Source: Nitrospirota bacterium (GTDB taxonomy: Bacteria; Nitrospirota; UBA9217). Taken from it: a DNA stretch of 64,000 bases. Made by a program: the position numbers and the translations under genes. Positions 52,220 to 62,753 of the stretch are shown one piece after another (position 1 is the first letter of the stretch; every line of letters starts with the position of its first letter). Under the pieces are notes generated by a model. That model was not told the origin of the DNA and ran no database searches. It worked only from the letters and a program-made list of their open reading frames with translations. The stretch is taken from contig CAWJQQ010000006.1 in NCBI GenBank assembly GCA_963845065.1, positions 352,001 through 416,000 of the forward strand, in the 5' to 3' direction.

Positions 52220-53431
52220 CTACAGCCGTGCGGCAATCTGGTTCAGGAATTCCTCAGTCTGCGCATAGGTTTCCACCTTCGGCTCTGCAATGGCCGCAAG
52301 GTCTTTTGTCATGACTCCACCCTCGATTACTGCTATTACAATCGATTCGAGCCTGCGCGCAAATTGAACCACACCTGGCGTGCCGTCGAGCTCACCACGC
52401 CGGGCGATCGCACCGGTCCACGCAAAGATTGAGGCTACGGAGTTCGTTGAAGTAGGGTTTCCCTTGAGGTGTTCGTAGTAATGGCGCATAACGGTGCCGT
52501 GAGCCGCTTCGTACAGATATTTGCCGGCTGGCGATACGAGCACTGAAGTCATGAGCCCCAGACTGCCGAAGCCCGCCGCGACCATGTCACTCATTACATC
52601 GCCATCATAATTCATGCAGGCCCACAGCATGCCACCCTCGGCCTTCATAATCTGCGCAACTACGTCATCGATGAGCATGTAGCGGTATTTGACCCCACTT
52701 TTTTCTAAATCTTCTTTGCGTATTTCAACCTCATGATCAAAGACCTCTTTAAAGAAGCCGTGGTACGTTTTCGATATTGTATCCTTCGCACCAAACCACA
52801 ACTCGCATTTTTCACCGAGCGAGTAGTTGATGCAGGCTTGCGCGAAACTCCGGATCGACTTTTCTGTATTATGTATACCCATAATAACGCCCGGGCCTTT
52901 GAAGTCATGAATGGTAAGAGCTGTCCGTTCACCGGACGTAGAAATAAAGGCCAGTTCCGCCTTACCCGGACCGGGAACCTTATACTCTACCGATTTGTAG
53001 ATATCACCATAAGCATGCCTGCCTATACTGATCGGTTTCTTCCAACTTCGAACGGCTGGTGGGATGTTCTTCACGAGAATAGGTTTTCTGAAAACCGTGC
53101 CGTCGAGTATCGAACGGATCGTCGCATTCGGGCTCTTCCATGCCTGCTTGAGGTTGTATTCCTTCATCCGTGCTGTATTCGGCGTGATAGTCGCACACTT
53201 TACGCCCACACCGCATTCGTTGACTGCTATTGCCGCATCAGTCGTTACTTTATCTTCCGTATCGTTCCGGTGCTTGAGTCCGAGATCAAAATATTTTAGT
53301 TCTATAGCGAGGTGAGGGAAGAGCAACTTCTCTTTGATCATCTCCCAGATGATCCGGGTCATTTCATCACCGTCCATCTCAACAATGGGGCTTTTAACCT
53401 TAATTGTCACTTTTATCTCCTTGTGAGCCAA
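52220..53431 (-). CDS. icd: NADP-dependent isocitrate dehydrogenase
   Basis: [54 protein letters not shown]. Confidence 0.96.
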   Translation of the reverse strand: MAHKEIKVTIKVKSPIVEMDGDEMTRIIWEMIKEKLLFPHLAIELKYFDLGLKHRNDTEDKVTTDAAIAVNECGVGVKCATITPNTARMKEYNLKQAWKSPNATIRSILDGTVFRKPILVKNIPPAVRSWKKPISIGRHAYGDIYKSVEYKVPGPGKAELAFISTSGERTALTIHDFKGPGVIMGIHNTEKSIRSFAQACINYSLGEKCELWFGAKDTISKTYHGFFKEVFDHEVEIRKEDLEKSGVKYRYMLIDDVVAQIMKAEGGMLWACMNYDGDVMSDMVAAGFGSLGLMTSVLVSPAGKYLYEAAHGTVMRHYYEHLKGNPTSTNSVASIFAWTGAIARRGELDGTPGVVQFARRLESIVIAVIEGGVMTKDLAAIAEPKVETYAQTEEFLNQIAARL

Positions 53432-53465
53432 ATATTGACAAGCTTTTCTTTAAGCTGCTGACGAA

Positions 53466-53494
53466 ATTTTAATGCGCCTCCCAAAAATTGTCAA
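53466..53494 (-). promoter_or_regulatory. Sigma-70 promoter of icd
   Basis: Minus strand TTGACA-N17-TAAAAT. Confidence 0.6.
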
Positions 53495-53768
53495 CAAAAC
53501 AATCGGTTCGAATGAAAATTGCATAAGTGCAGTTCTTCTGCGGCTGCAATTTCCATAAAAGAGTACCTTGTTCACCCATCTAAGATTTATTGCGTGTCGC
53601 TACTTTGTCAGACAAATTACTGATTATTTCTGGCAGTTAATTGTGTCTCTTTTTTAAATATTTTTTATTCGTTAGAACTTTGCAAACGTCTGAAAAAATA
53701 TTTATTAGCCTCTTGACCGTAGTCCTCTCTGAATTATGCTTACCTTAAATAAATGGGCTACTGAAGGC

Positions 53769-53795
53769 TAAAGTTTTCCCTCGTTTTGCCGATAA
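53769..53795 (+). promoter_or_regulatory. Sigma-28 (FliA) promoter
   Basis: TAAA-N15-GCCGATAA (TAAAGTTT...GCCGATAA), exact consensus, 24 nt before the ATG with AGGAG RBS. Confidence 0.85.
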
Positions 53796-53819
53796 GCTCA
53801 ATAGTAGGAGCCGCAAGAC

Positions 53820-55127
53820 ATGACCGTTTCTTCCGTAATCACAACTAGTTCAAACCCCACCACTTCGTTATTCTCGATTCTTGGTGGTAAACAAGCGTCA
53901 CCACCATCCCAAGCTCAACTTCTGGCACAAGACGTTTTTAGTGATAATAATAGTCCTCTGTTTTCAACTATCTCTGATAGTGAACAAACAGGAGATCAAA
54001 CGTTAGCAGTGTCCTCAATGTCAGCCGGGACCGTCCAAGCCCAAGCTGATAAGTATAAGGCGGCAGCACAAGATTTTTCTTTATCAATCAGTTATGATCC
54101 TTCTGCGGCCAATGTAGTCCGGGCTGAAAATTTGATTGCAACGGTAGACCAAGAAGACAATAACACTAGCGGAGCCATTAATGCATACAAAGCATCCATC
54201 GTTGCAAATTCGCAAGACGATGCAACCTATGTGTCACTTGGTAATATTTATTTCAGCCAAAAAGACTATACCGATGCAGAAAAGGACTATTCGACAGCTG
54301 TCAGCATAAACCCTGCGTCATCAACCGATATTTATTCGCTTGGTCAAGCTTATCTGTCAGAGGGTAAATACCAGGACGCGGAAAATCTATTTAATAAAGT
54401 GATCAGCATGAATCCTACGGACGTAAGCGGCTATTACGCTCTCGGGCAGACATATAGCAAGGAGGGAAAATATAACGATGCGATCAATGAATTCCAAAAG
54501 GTAACCAATCTGGACACCAGTTTTTACACTGTCCATGTTGATCTCGGTGAAGCCTACGCCAAACTTGGGCAGACTGATAATGCAAACGCTCAGTTAAGCA
54601 TAGTCCAGGCTAATGATCCAAATGATGCATCCTTACTCAGTAAGTATATTGACTCAGTTACAAAACCTCAGATTAGTGCTGTCTACAGCGACGCTAGTAA
54701 TTGCTTTAATACAAACCTTGGCCCCAATACACCAGTTTCTAGCCTTAGCCCATCGCTTGCTACTCCGAACGGCACACAACTGTTTTCCATGGAATTTGCT
54801 TTTAGCAAAAACATGGATCCAATGTCAGTCCAAAACCCCTATAATTGGACAATCAGTAAGGCACAAAACGGCACTGCCGGTGGTGCCTATAACTGGGGAC
54901 TGCCGGCGCAGCCAACAGACTCTCCAGTTGCTCCGCTCCCCGTCAGTGTTACATACGATTCAACCTCAAATCAAGCAACCATTTCTTTTCTAATTCAACA
55001 GAATGCAGCTGACAACGGTACGATTGATCCATCCCACATCACATTTAAGTTTAATGGTGCGGATGTGTACGGAAACAACATGGATACATCAGCTGATGAG
55101 TATAACGGAATATCACAGATCGTGTGA
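53820..55127 (+). CDS. TPR-repeat protein with Ser/Thr-rich N-terminus and beta-rich C-terminal domain
   Basis: TPR units SLGNIYFSQKDYTDAEKDY, SLGQAYLSEGKYQDAENLF, ALGQTYSKEGKYNDAINEF, DLGEAYAKLG. Confidence 0.85.
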   Translation: MTVSSVITTSSNPTTSLFSILGGKQASPPSQAQLLAQDVFSDNNSPLFSTISDSEQTGDQTLAVSSMSAGTVQAQADKYKAAAQDFSLSISYDPSAANVVRAENLIATVDQEDNNTSGAINAYKASIVANSQDDATYVSLGNIYFSQKDYTDAEKDYSTAVSINPASSTDIYSLGQAYLSEGKYQDAENLFNKVISMNPTDVSGYYALGQTYSKEGKYNDAINEFQKVTNLDTSFYTVHVDLGEAYAKLGQTDNANAQLSIVQANDPNDASLLSKYIDSVTKPQISAVYSDASNCFNTNLGPNTPVSSLSPSLATPNGTQLFSMEFAFSKNMDPMSVQNPYNWTISKAQNGTAGGAYNWGLPAQPTDSPVAPLPVSVTYDSTSNQATISFLIQQNAADNGTIDPSHITFKFNGADVYGNNMDTSADEYNGISQIV

Positions 55128-55252
55128 CGGAGTACAGGAGCGACCGGCATTCAAGAAGTACCCTTTTTTTCGAGCTTTTGTTGTCCTCGACATTACCATC
55201 TACCCGCACGAAGCCAACAAACACAACGTACTTGGCCTGTGCCGCCATGCAA

Positions 55253-56305
55253 TCAGGGAACGTCTGCGGCTTCAATAATTCCCCCGCCCACAACAACGTC
55301 GCCGTCATAGAATACTGCTGCCTGGCCCGGACACACTCCTTTCACGGGCTGTTCAAATGTAACACAGACATTTTTTTCTCGTACAGATTCTATCATTGCC
55401 GGAATAAATGGGGATCGGTATCGGATCTTTACGGAAACCTTCTTCGAATGACTCAACGAATCACTTGTAATAAAATTTTGGTTCGATACCAGCACATGCA
55501 GCGTTTGCAGATCGTGAAGTCTTCCAAGTACAACGCGGTTCGTGTCCGGTTCGATCCTGACGACATAGAGCCGTTCGCCCGCTGCAACACCGAGATGCCG
55601 CCGCTGACCCACGGTGAAGAATGCAATGCCTTCATGTGTACTTAGAACTGTACCATCTATCAGGACCAATTCTCCGGGTGTGAGCGTTTCCGGTGCGTGC
55701 TCTTTTAAAAAAGAACGGTAATCGTTGTCCAAAACAAAACAGATCTCCTGGCTCTCAGGCCGCTCTGCAGCCGAAAGCGTCATCGCGCGCGCAAGCGCTC
55801 GAACTTCAGCCTTAAGCATGGTTCCAAGCGGAAAAAGAACATGCGCCATCTGATCCTGCGTCAAACGATAGAGAAAGTAACTCTGGTCTTTTCCTGCATC
55901 AATTCCTTTTTTCAGCAGATAGCGGGACGATTGATGATCCCGCTCAATGCGAGCGTAATGACCAGTGGCGAGATAATCAAAACCATTCATCCGGGCATAC
56001 TCAAGAAGGAGGTTGAACTTAACAAGGTCATTGCACTTGATGCAAGGGTTCGGCGTGCGACCCCGGAGGTACTCAGAAATAAAGTCGCGGATAATAGTCT
56101 GAGAAAATTCTACTTGTGCGTCAATCATGCGGTGGGTAATTCGCAAATGATGGCACACGGCCTGTGCCGATCCGATGTCGCAGCACAACCCGGCAGTCAG
56201 CTTCATAGTGACACCTTCCACCTCAAACCCCTGTTTTTGCAGGAGTGCGGCGGTCACCGAACTGTCGACGCCGCCGCTCATGGCTACGAGAACACGCTTT
56301 GTCAT
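55253..56305 (-). CDS. mnmA: tRNA 2-thiouridine(34) synthase MnmA
   Basis: AMSGGVDSSV, TPNPCIKCN, ATGHYA, KDQSYFL, ESQEICF, PGQAAVFY. Confidence 0.96.
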   Translation of the reverse strand: MTKRVLVAMSGGVDSSVTAALLQKQGFEVEGVTMKLTAGLCCDIGSAQAVCHHLRITHRMIDAQVEFSQTIIRDFISEYLRGRTPNPCIKCNDLVKFNLLLEYARMNGFDYLATGHYARIERDHQSSRYLLKKGIDAGKDQSYFLYRLTQDQMAHVLFPLGTMLKAEVRALARAMTLSAAERPESQEICFVLDNDYRSFLKEHAPETLTPGELVLIDGTVLSTHEGIAFFTVGQRRHLGVAAGERLYVVRIEPDTNRVVLGRLHDLQTLHVLVSNQNFITSDSLSHSKKVSVKIRYRSPFIPAMIESVREKNVCVTFEQPVKGVCPGQAAVFYDGDVVVGGGIIEAADVP

Positions 56306-56895
56306 AACTTTTTTCTAACAGTGTAAAATTGAGACACAGGGATCAACAGCTGTAGAGCTAGAGGAGAAGCACATACTGGGTAAAAGGGGCAAACGTGTAT
56401 AACCCGACCTACGCTCTACTTAATCTGATATTTTCGCGATTCCCTTTGGGGCAATGTCACACCTTCCTCTATTTCAGTACCAGTGGCGTCAGCGATCCGA
56501 GCATGAACAGAATACCGCCCTTTTGCGCCCAAGTCGAACCAAGATCTCTTACGATGAGCATAATCGGCGCCAGACCTCTGCCAAAATTCAAGCTCTTGAG
56601 ATAGATCCCAACCCCTTCATAATACTATGGTGTATTCGGCCCAAGCGTACTGTATTTCACAACCTTTTTATTTTCATACAGAGATACTTGTGCACTTCAG
56701 TCTTGTATCTAGCATTGCGCGTCGGTCTGGACATAAATGTGCTCCATATGTAACGCCTTATCCTCAGGCGGCGGCACATAGGCCCCTTCGGGCATGACGC
56801 CTGAAAGCCTGTATCCCCAAATTGCGCTGAGAAGATGAGCAATAAGCCCCTCGGCAGAGAGGAATGTAACGTTGCGAATCATCTGCATTACAGAC

Positions 56896-56932
56896 GCAAA
56901 AGGCATCCCGGATTTCCGGAATGCCTTTTTGC
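56896..56932. terminator. Bidirectional Rho-independent terminator downstream of HU
   Basis: AAAAGGCATCCCGG-ATTT-CCGGAATGCCTTTTT. Confidence 0.75.
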
Positions 56933-56967
56933 TTTAAGGTTTAGCTATGAACACAAATTGATGAATA

Positions 56968-57255
56968 TTATTTCTTGCCGAGAATGGCCTCTTTTGCCGC
57001 TTTAGCCACTCGGAACTTCACAACCTTCTTAGCCGGAATTTTGATGGCCTCGCCCGTCTGAGGATTCCTGCCCATGCGAGCCTTGCGCTGGACAAGCACG
57101 AGTTTGCCGAGACCGGGAAGTGTGAAGGCATTCTTTGCTTCCTTGTATGCTAGCGCTGCGATGTCTTCCAAAATCTGTACTGCGTGTTTCTTCTTGATAT
57201 CTGCCTTCTTCGCAATGTGGTCCGCTATCTGAGACTTCGTCATGGCTTTTGCCAT
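56968..57255 (-). CDS. hup: HU-family DNA-binding protein
   Basis: MTKSQI..LPGLGKL..RKARMGRNPQTGEAIKIPAKKVVKF. Confidence 0.93.
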   Translation of the reverse strand: MAKAMTKSQIADHIAKKADIKKKHAVQILEDIAALAYKEAKNAFTLPGLGKLVLVQRKARMGRNPQTGEAIKIPAKKVVKFRVAKAAKEAILGKK

Positions 57256-57849
57256 AAAAATCCCTCCTTGAAGAAATAAATTAAAATTTCTAACTGCGCT
57301 AAGCAGGTTAGGTGCTCTTTGTTGGTGGAAAGTATATACACTCTATTGTAAAATAGCAAGTGAAATTTTGAAATTTGTATGGGTATATTTGGGGTATGCT
57401 TTGTTCAAGCTTCCATCTACACTAATGCGTTTTTCTTTGCTTTTAAGCTGCATCGGAACTCGGACAGGTTGTCTAAGCTTGTTTACATTTTTTTATTCCG
57501 GTCATATCCCAATTTTTGTGTGCCCTACATCACATCAAAATAACTTACCTTATTTGTATTAAGTACATGCGTTGAAGCTATAACCGCGTCAATACTTAAC
57601 TTACGCACTGAATGAACAGGTCATTCCCTCCACTTACTTGGAAGACCCACCTAGCAACACTTTAAAAAAAATATTTTAAACTTTAACAATCGGGCTATAA
57701 TGCATATTTTACTTAATATTCTAAGACCGTTCCTAAAACCTGTCTTTTATTTCTGCAGACTAGGACGGCAGCTAAATAGTATTGCTGCCGGTCAACGTCA
57801 GGGATTCGCACCCTGATTTACCCAAACCCCGAAATTTATAAAAAAACGC

Positions 57850-58461
57850 TATGTGCTGCTGTGCGAACGCTTGCATGTAAGCTGTGATCTGTATGCCCAC
57901 GAATTTTCATCCACAACCGGAGATCTCTCGATGAGTTTCGTAAAAAAGACGCGGCTAGCGTCGAATGCATAAGTTTTCTATAGGGCAAAAGCATTATTAT
58001 AATCGTTAACAGAGATTGGTCGACGACGGAGATAATTCAGGCCAGCCTTGATCGCTGGCAGGTTGAAAACCACTTCAGGTTGAGCAAAGACAAAGATCTG
58101 GTCGCCATGCGCCCCATCAAGCATTGAGGACGGCAACAAGATTCGATCCTAACTGTTTTCCTGAGCGGCGGCGATGAAATATTTGCGCCGGAAGGAACCA
58201 CTATTTAATGCTGTAGGTGGGTATTACGGGAACAGCAGAAGATGTGATGGAGGACATGAGCAGTCTTCACTCTGTGCTGTTGATGCGGGAAGGTCGCAGG
58301 AAATCGGCGCGTCGTTTGGTGAAGCCTAAGAAGACCCAAGTTGAATTCCTATCAGCATTTGGTCACCTCGTTGAATGCCGATGTGGTCTTACGCTTAAGA
58401 AATCAATAACACTCCGTTATCATTGATGATAATGGGAATATCAGGTTCTGTTTTAAACTCT
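57850..58461 (+). pseudogene. IS1634-family transposase C-terminal remnant; boundaries approximate
   Basis: GKSIIIIVNRDWSTTEIIQASLDRWQVENHFRLSKDKDLVAMRPIKH*...AEDVMEDMSSLHSVLL...TQVEFLSAFG with stops and frameshifts. Confidence 0.65.
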
Positions 58462-58608
58462 TGATTTACCGTTTAGGAAATCGCAGGCCAGCCAGACAGT
58501 CTTTTCCCACGAGTTCGACTGCTGTTGTTTTCGCAGTTGACTTAAAAGCTGTTTTTGTGATAATTTATGACTGTCGAGGTAGCTTAATTTTTATCAGGAG
58601 GCGCGGTC

Positions 58609-58734
58609 ATGGCGATAAAAGCGAATTTTATTCTGAAGGTGCAGGACGCAAAACTGGCTGACGTTCAAAAGGCACTTAAAGAGGCCAACATCAATGTCGT
58701 GAGCATTCTTGAGGTTCACAAGGAAGAAGTGTAG
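58609..58734 (+). CDS. 41-aa small protein of unknown function (not in ORF track)
   Basis: MAIKANFILKVQDAKLADVQKALKEANINVVSILEVHKEEV*; AGGAGG RBS; upstream TTGACT-N16-GATAAT (58537-58564). Confidence 0.7.
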   Translation: MAIKANFILKVQDAKLADVQKALKEANINVVSILEVHKEEV

Positions 58735-58889
58735 AAACATCACTTTTCTCTTCGTGGAAATCGTCCTCAGATTTCTGAAATACAGGATACAAAAAACGAT
58801 GCATCGCGCATTTAATGTCTGGATAAAAACTAGATTGCTTGCATCGCTCCATAATTAATCTGCTATACTTAATAAAGTGAAATTATGAC

Positions 58890-59153
58890 ATGAAAACTAC
58901 TCTCACGGATCTTGAAAATATTGCAAAAGCTCTTTTGATCAAAGTATCCTATGATGATCTTAAAACTTCGAAAGGCGGCTCATGCAGGGTCATGGAGACC
59001 CGTCGGATCATCATTAACAAATATCTTCAAAACAGTGAAAAAATAAATCTCCTGGCTAAGGAACTTGGCAATTTTGATCTTGGCGGACTTGATATGCCGG
59101 CCAACGTACGCAAAAAGATTGAACAGGAAACAGAACAGCGAACCGAAGCTTGA
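58890..59153 (+). CDS. Hypothetical 87-aa protein
   Basis: Protein-like composition; extended -10 TGCTATACT upstream. Confidence 0.65.
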   Translation: MKTTLTDLENIAKALLIKVSYDDLKTSKGGSCRVMETRRIIINKYLQNSEKINLLAKELGNFDLGGLDMPANVRKKIEQETEQRTEA

Positions 59154-59218
59154 GGAACAGCTGGCCTGCCTCTAACCGACCGGTTGCTATTCGGTTTTCC
59201 CCGAGAGGATGGCGGCGT

Positions 59219-59725
59219 ATGAAAAAACTCACAATCGTGTTCGGAATTTCGCTGCTCATCCAAGGTTGCACCTATGCGATTTCTCCTGAAATGGCCGATC
59301 AGGCCGATAGAACCCTCACCTTCCAGCAACTGCAGGCAGATCCTGATACCTTCAAAGGCAAAATTATCATCCTTGGCGGAATTATCGCCCAAACCAGTAA
59401 TACTAAGCAGGGCACAGTAATCGAGGTCGTCGAAAAGCCTCTCGATTATTGGGGTAAACCAAAACGCACCGACGAGACCGGAGGTCGGTTTCTCGTCGTG
59501 CATGTCGGCGACCTTGATCCCATTGTATACGCGCCAGGTAGAGAGATAACCGTTGCTGCTGAAATTGAAGGTACGCGCAGCAAAGCGCTTGGGGAAGTAG
59601 AGTACAATTATCCTGTCGTAGTTTCGAAAGAATTGAAGCTTTGGGAACGCGAGCACCAATCATGGGACAGGCCGCAGTGGATCGATCCACTTTATGATCC
59701 TTACAGCCCTGTTCGCTTCGAATAG
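59219..59725 (+). CDS. Slp-family outer-membrane lipoprotein
   Basis: Lipobox MKKLTIVFGISLLIQG-C; GKIIILGGII, PLDYWGKP..GRFL..DPIVYAPGREITVA..YPVV..LKLW. Confidence 0.88.
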   Translation: MKKLTIVFGISLLIQGCTYAISPEMADQADRTLTFQQLQADPDTFKGKIIILGGIIAQTSNTKQGTVIEVVEKPLDYWGKPKRTDETGGRFLVVHVGDLDPIVYAPGREITVAAEIEGTRSKALGEVEYNYPVVVSKELKLWEREHQSWDRPQWIDPLYDPYSPVRFE

Positions 59726-59959
59726 TGACAACGTTGCATGGAAAGTGAGACTGTCATGATCGAGCGAATCTACCGTCAACTTTCAATAATCTTTCTCCTT
59801 GCTGGCTGCGGAAGAATTTCCGGATGAGCTCCGGTTTTTGATAAAGAAGTAATGGTTCGTATAAACAGGCGCGTCCCCTTTATATCCCTCCAAAGAAAGC
59901 GAGCCTGAAAAATTTATTGGCGCCTAATTCTTGCTCATGGCGCTGTCGTTTCTATAAAA

Positions 59960-61327
59960 GGATCTTCTCCATGTCGAGTACACGAAAATACGCCAATAAA
60001 GTTTTAAACTTCTCTCTACAGGCGGATTTTATGATTGTCATTCCAATGAAAAATATGATACAAATCGGGCATGCGAAAAAGACAAACTCTATCCAATTTG
60101 TTTCACTTCCCTGGTTGTAATCCAAAGAGGACCGTTCACGGTGTCTTTGGCGATCCCAATGCCCGAGTCATAAAGCTCGTAAGGCAGGGGAAAAAACTGC
60201 TTGTTGGATATGCGGCACAGTTCATCGGACCTTTCGTGCTCGAAAGATCCGATTGGTCCACGATCTCCCCTGCGGTGGTGCCAGGATTTATCTCGAACTG
60301 GAAATTCGGCGCATCCTATGGCGGAGGTGTGGCACAGTGAAAGGGGAGATGCTGCCGTTTCTGGCCGATAATCCATTTTATACCAAGCGATTCGCCTATT
60401 ACGTAGGCAGACGATGTGAATCTTCATCAATCAGCGATATAGCCAAAGAGTTCCTTCTCGACTGGAAGACAGTCAAGGAACTTGAGAAGCAATACATGCG
60501 GGAAAAACTCCGTAGTGCCGGGAAGCCAAATCCCAAAGTGATCGGCATCAACGAGATAACGATCCGCAAGGGACATATTTACCGGATCGTCGTGAGCGAT
60601 CTCGAAAAGAGACGGTCAATCTGGTTCGGAGGCATTGACCGCTCAGAAGAGAGCATGAATTTCTTCTTCGATGAGTTCGGGCCGATAAAATTTGGACGAA
60701 TTCGGCTTTCTCTGATGGACATGTGGAAGCCCTTGAGAAGTCCACGCATCGGAAAGCCCCGCAGTTGGCCATCTTCTATGACAAGTTCCATGTTATAACG
60801 CATTTAGGCGAAGCGCTGGATAAAGTGAGAAAGAGCGAATATGCCAAGCTCACCGGCAAAGACCGCAGATTCATCAAAGGCCAAAAGTATGTGCTCCTTT
60901 CTCATCCGGAAAACCTTACGCCGGAGAAGAGATCGGGACTCAAGCTGCTTCTGACGGCAAATAAGCGACTCAACACAGCCGATATTCTCAAAGAGCAGTT
61001 CGCGCAGCTCTGATCATACCAGTCCGAGGCTTGGGCCAGAAAGTTCTTCGACAATTGGAAAGCATCTCTCAATTGGCAGCGACTCAAACCCTATGAGAAG
61101 TTTGCCGAGATGGTCGAGAGACACTGGGATGGTATCGCTGCCTTCTGCAGACCAGAAAACAAAGTATCCCTCGGCTTTATCGAGGGCTTGAACAACAAGA
61201 TCAGAGTCATTCAGCGTCGGGCATACGGCTTACGGGATGAAGAGTATCTTAGTCTGAAGATGTTGACCTGCATGTTGCCGCCGCTATAAAAAGGCTAAAA
61301 ATTACGTTCTCACTTGGGAGAAGAGGC
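59960..61327 (+). mobile_element. ISL3-family element with inactivated transposase (about 60071-61289)
   Basis: Imperfect TIR GGATCTTCTCC / GGAGAAGAGGC; zinc finger CWICG..HDLPC, GINE, MDMWK, YDKFHVI, EGLNNKIRVIQRRAYGLRDEEYL; frameshifts and TGA at 61011. Confidence 0.85.
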
Positions 61328-61352
61328 ATTATTAATTATTTATATTTGATCT

Positions 61353-62626
61353 CATTAACGTCCGGTTAAAATTAAAAAGGCATGGCCTGAATACCTCGAT
61401 TGTTGGATAATAGAATTCGCGAGAACACTATTCCAGCAAGGAGGAACAAGCCATGCGCAAGTTGGAAACCATCTTCGGAGAACTGCTGAAACTTGTACCG
61501 AGATATCAATTCGAAAAAGCCGTAAATCAGTATCAGGGAGATCGATACGTAAAGTCGTATACGACCTGGCAACAGTATATCACGATCCTGTTCTCCCAGG
61601 TCAAGCAAAAAGACAGCATCCGGGACATCGTAACGGGACTGGAGGCTAACGAGTCCCGATGGTATCACCTGGGGCTTACCGGCGTTCACCGGAGCACCTT
61701 CTCGGATGCCAACAACAAACGAAGTTTTCAAATATTTGAAGATCTGTTTTATCATCTTCTCTCTCGCTGCAAGGACTTGACGCCGAAACATCGGTTCAAG
61801 TTCAAAAATGAGTTGTATTCTATCGATGCTTCAGTTATCGATCTTTGCCTCTCGGTCTTTCCTTGGGCTAAGTTCCGAAAGACCAAGGGGGCGATTAAAA
61901 TGCATTGCCTCTATGACCACTCAGGGGCACTGCCGTCGTTTGTAACGATCACCGATGGTAAGAAACATGATGTTAAGGTGGCTAAAGAAACCGGTTTCCC
62001 ACTCTCCCCGGACAGCATCGTTTCCATAGATCGGGCGTATATCGACTACAAATGGCTGAAATCACTGGATGAAAAGCGCGTCTGGTTCGTTACCCGCGCC
62101 AAGTCCAATATCAATTGTGTCGTAACCGGACAGCATGCGGTTACCGGAAAAGGGGTCCTGAAAGACCAGATGATTCTCCTAACCGGAACCCGTACAAAGA
62201 ACTATTATCCCAAAGAACTTCGAATGATCGAGTTCTATGATGAGGAAACCAAGAAGCACCTTACATTCCTCACCAACAATATGAAGCTTGCAGCCTCAAC
62301 GATAGCGGCCATCTATAAGTCCCGTTGGCAGATTGAGCTGTTCTTCAAATGGATCAAGCAGAACCTGAAGATCAAATCATTCCTCGGGACCAGCAAAAAT
62401 GCCGTTATGACGCAAATCTGGGTGGCGATGAGCTATTACTTGCTGCTCACATATATCAAATATCAGACGAAGTATGCGAAATCCTTATTGACGCTGAGTC
62501 GCGTTATCAGGGAAACGCTATTTGAACGAAAGAACCTTATCGACATTCTAACACTGAAGCCTGAACGGATTTTAGCTGTACAAGATGAGCCCATACAAGG
62601 GGCGCTGTTTTAACCGGACAGCGATG
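61353..62626 (+). mobile_element. IS4-family insertion sequence, intact
   Basis: 18-bp imperfect TIR CATTAACGTCCGGTTAAA / TTTAACCGGACAGCGATG; 9-bp TSD ATTTGATCT (61344-61352, 62627-62635). Confidence 0.92.
61453..62613 (+). CDS. IS4-family transposase
   Basis: RSTFSDANNKR, IDASVIDLC, DRAYIDY, YREK motif YKSRWQIELFFKWIKQNLKIKSFLG. Confidence 0.94.
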   Translation: MRKLETIFGELLKLVPRYQFEKAVNQYQGDRYVKSYTTWQQYITILFSQVKQKDSIRDIVTGLEANESRWYHLGLTGVHRSTFSDANNKRSFQIFEDLFYHLLSRCKDLTPKHRFKFKNELYSIDASVIDLCLSVFPWAKFRKTKGAIKMHCLYDHSGALPSFVTITDGKKHDVKVAKETGFPLSPDSIVSIDRAYIDYKWLKSLDEKRVWFVTRAKSNINCVVTGQHAVTGKGVLKDQMILLTGTRTKNYYPKELRMIEFYDEETKKHLTFLTNNMKLAASTIAAIYKSRWQIELFFKWIKQNLKIKSFLGTSKNAVMTQIWVAMSYYLLLTYIKYQTKYAKSLLTLSRVIRETLFERKNLIDILTLKPERILAVQDEPIQGALF

Positions 62627-62753
62627 ATTTGATCTAGCAAATCAATAACCAGGCGATGGAGTGATACTGAATTGCGGTTATGCCTCCCATTCCTCCGTTC
62701 TTCTTTTTCGGCTTCTTTCTGTCCGCCGTGACAGAACACGATCGAGGTCTTTG

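Noticed and set aside
56395..56895. Short ORFs between mnmA and HU, possibly a decayed gene
   Set aside because: No recognisable motif in any frame; cannot support a call
61011..61013. In-frame TGA in the ISL3 transposase as recoded Sec
   Set aside because: Falls at a Trp position (QLWSY-like), not a redox Cys, and the gene has other lesions
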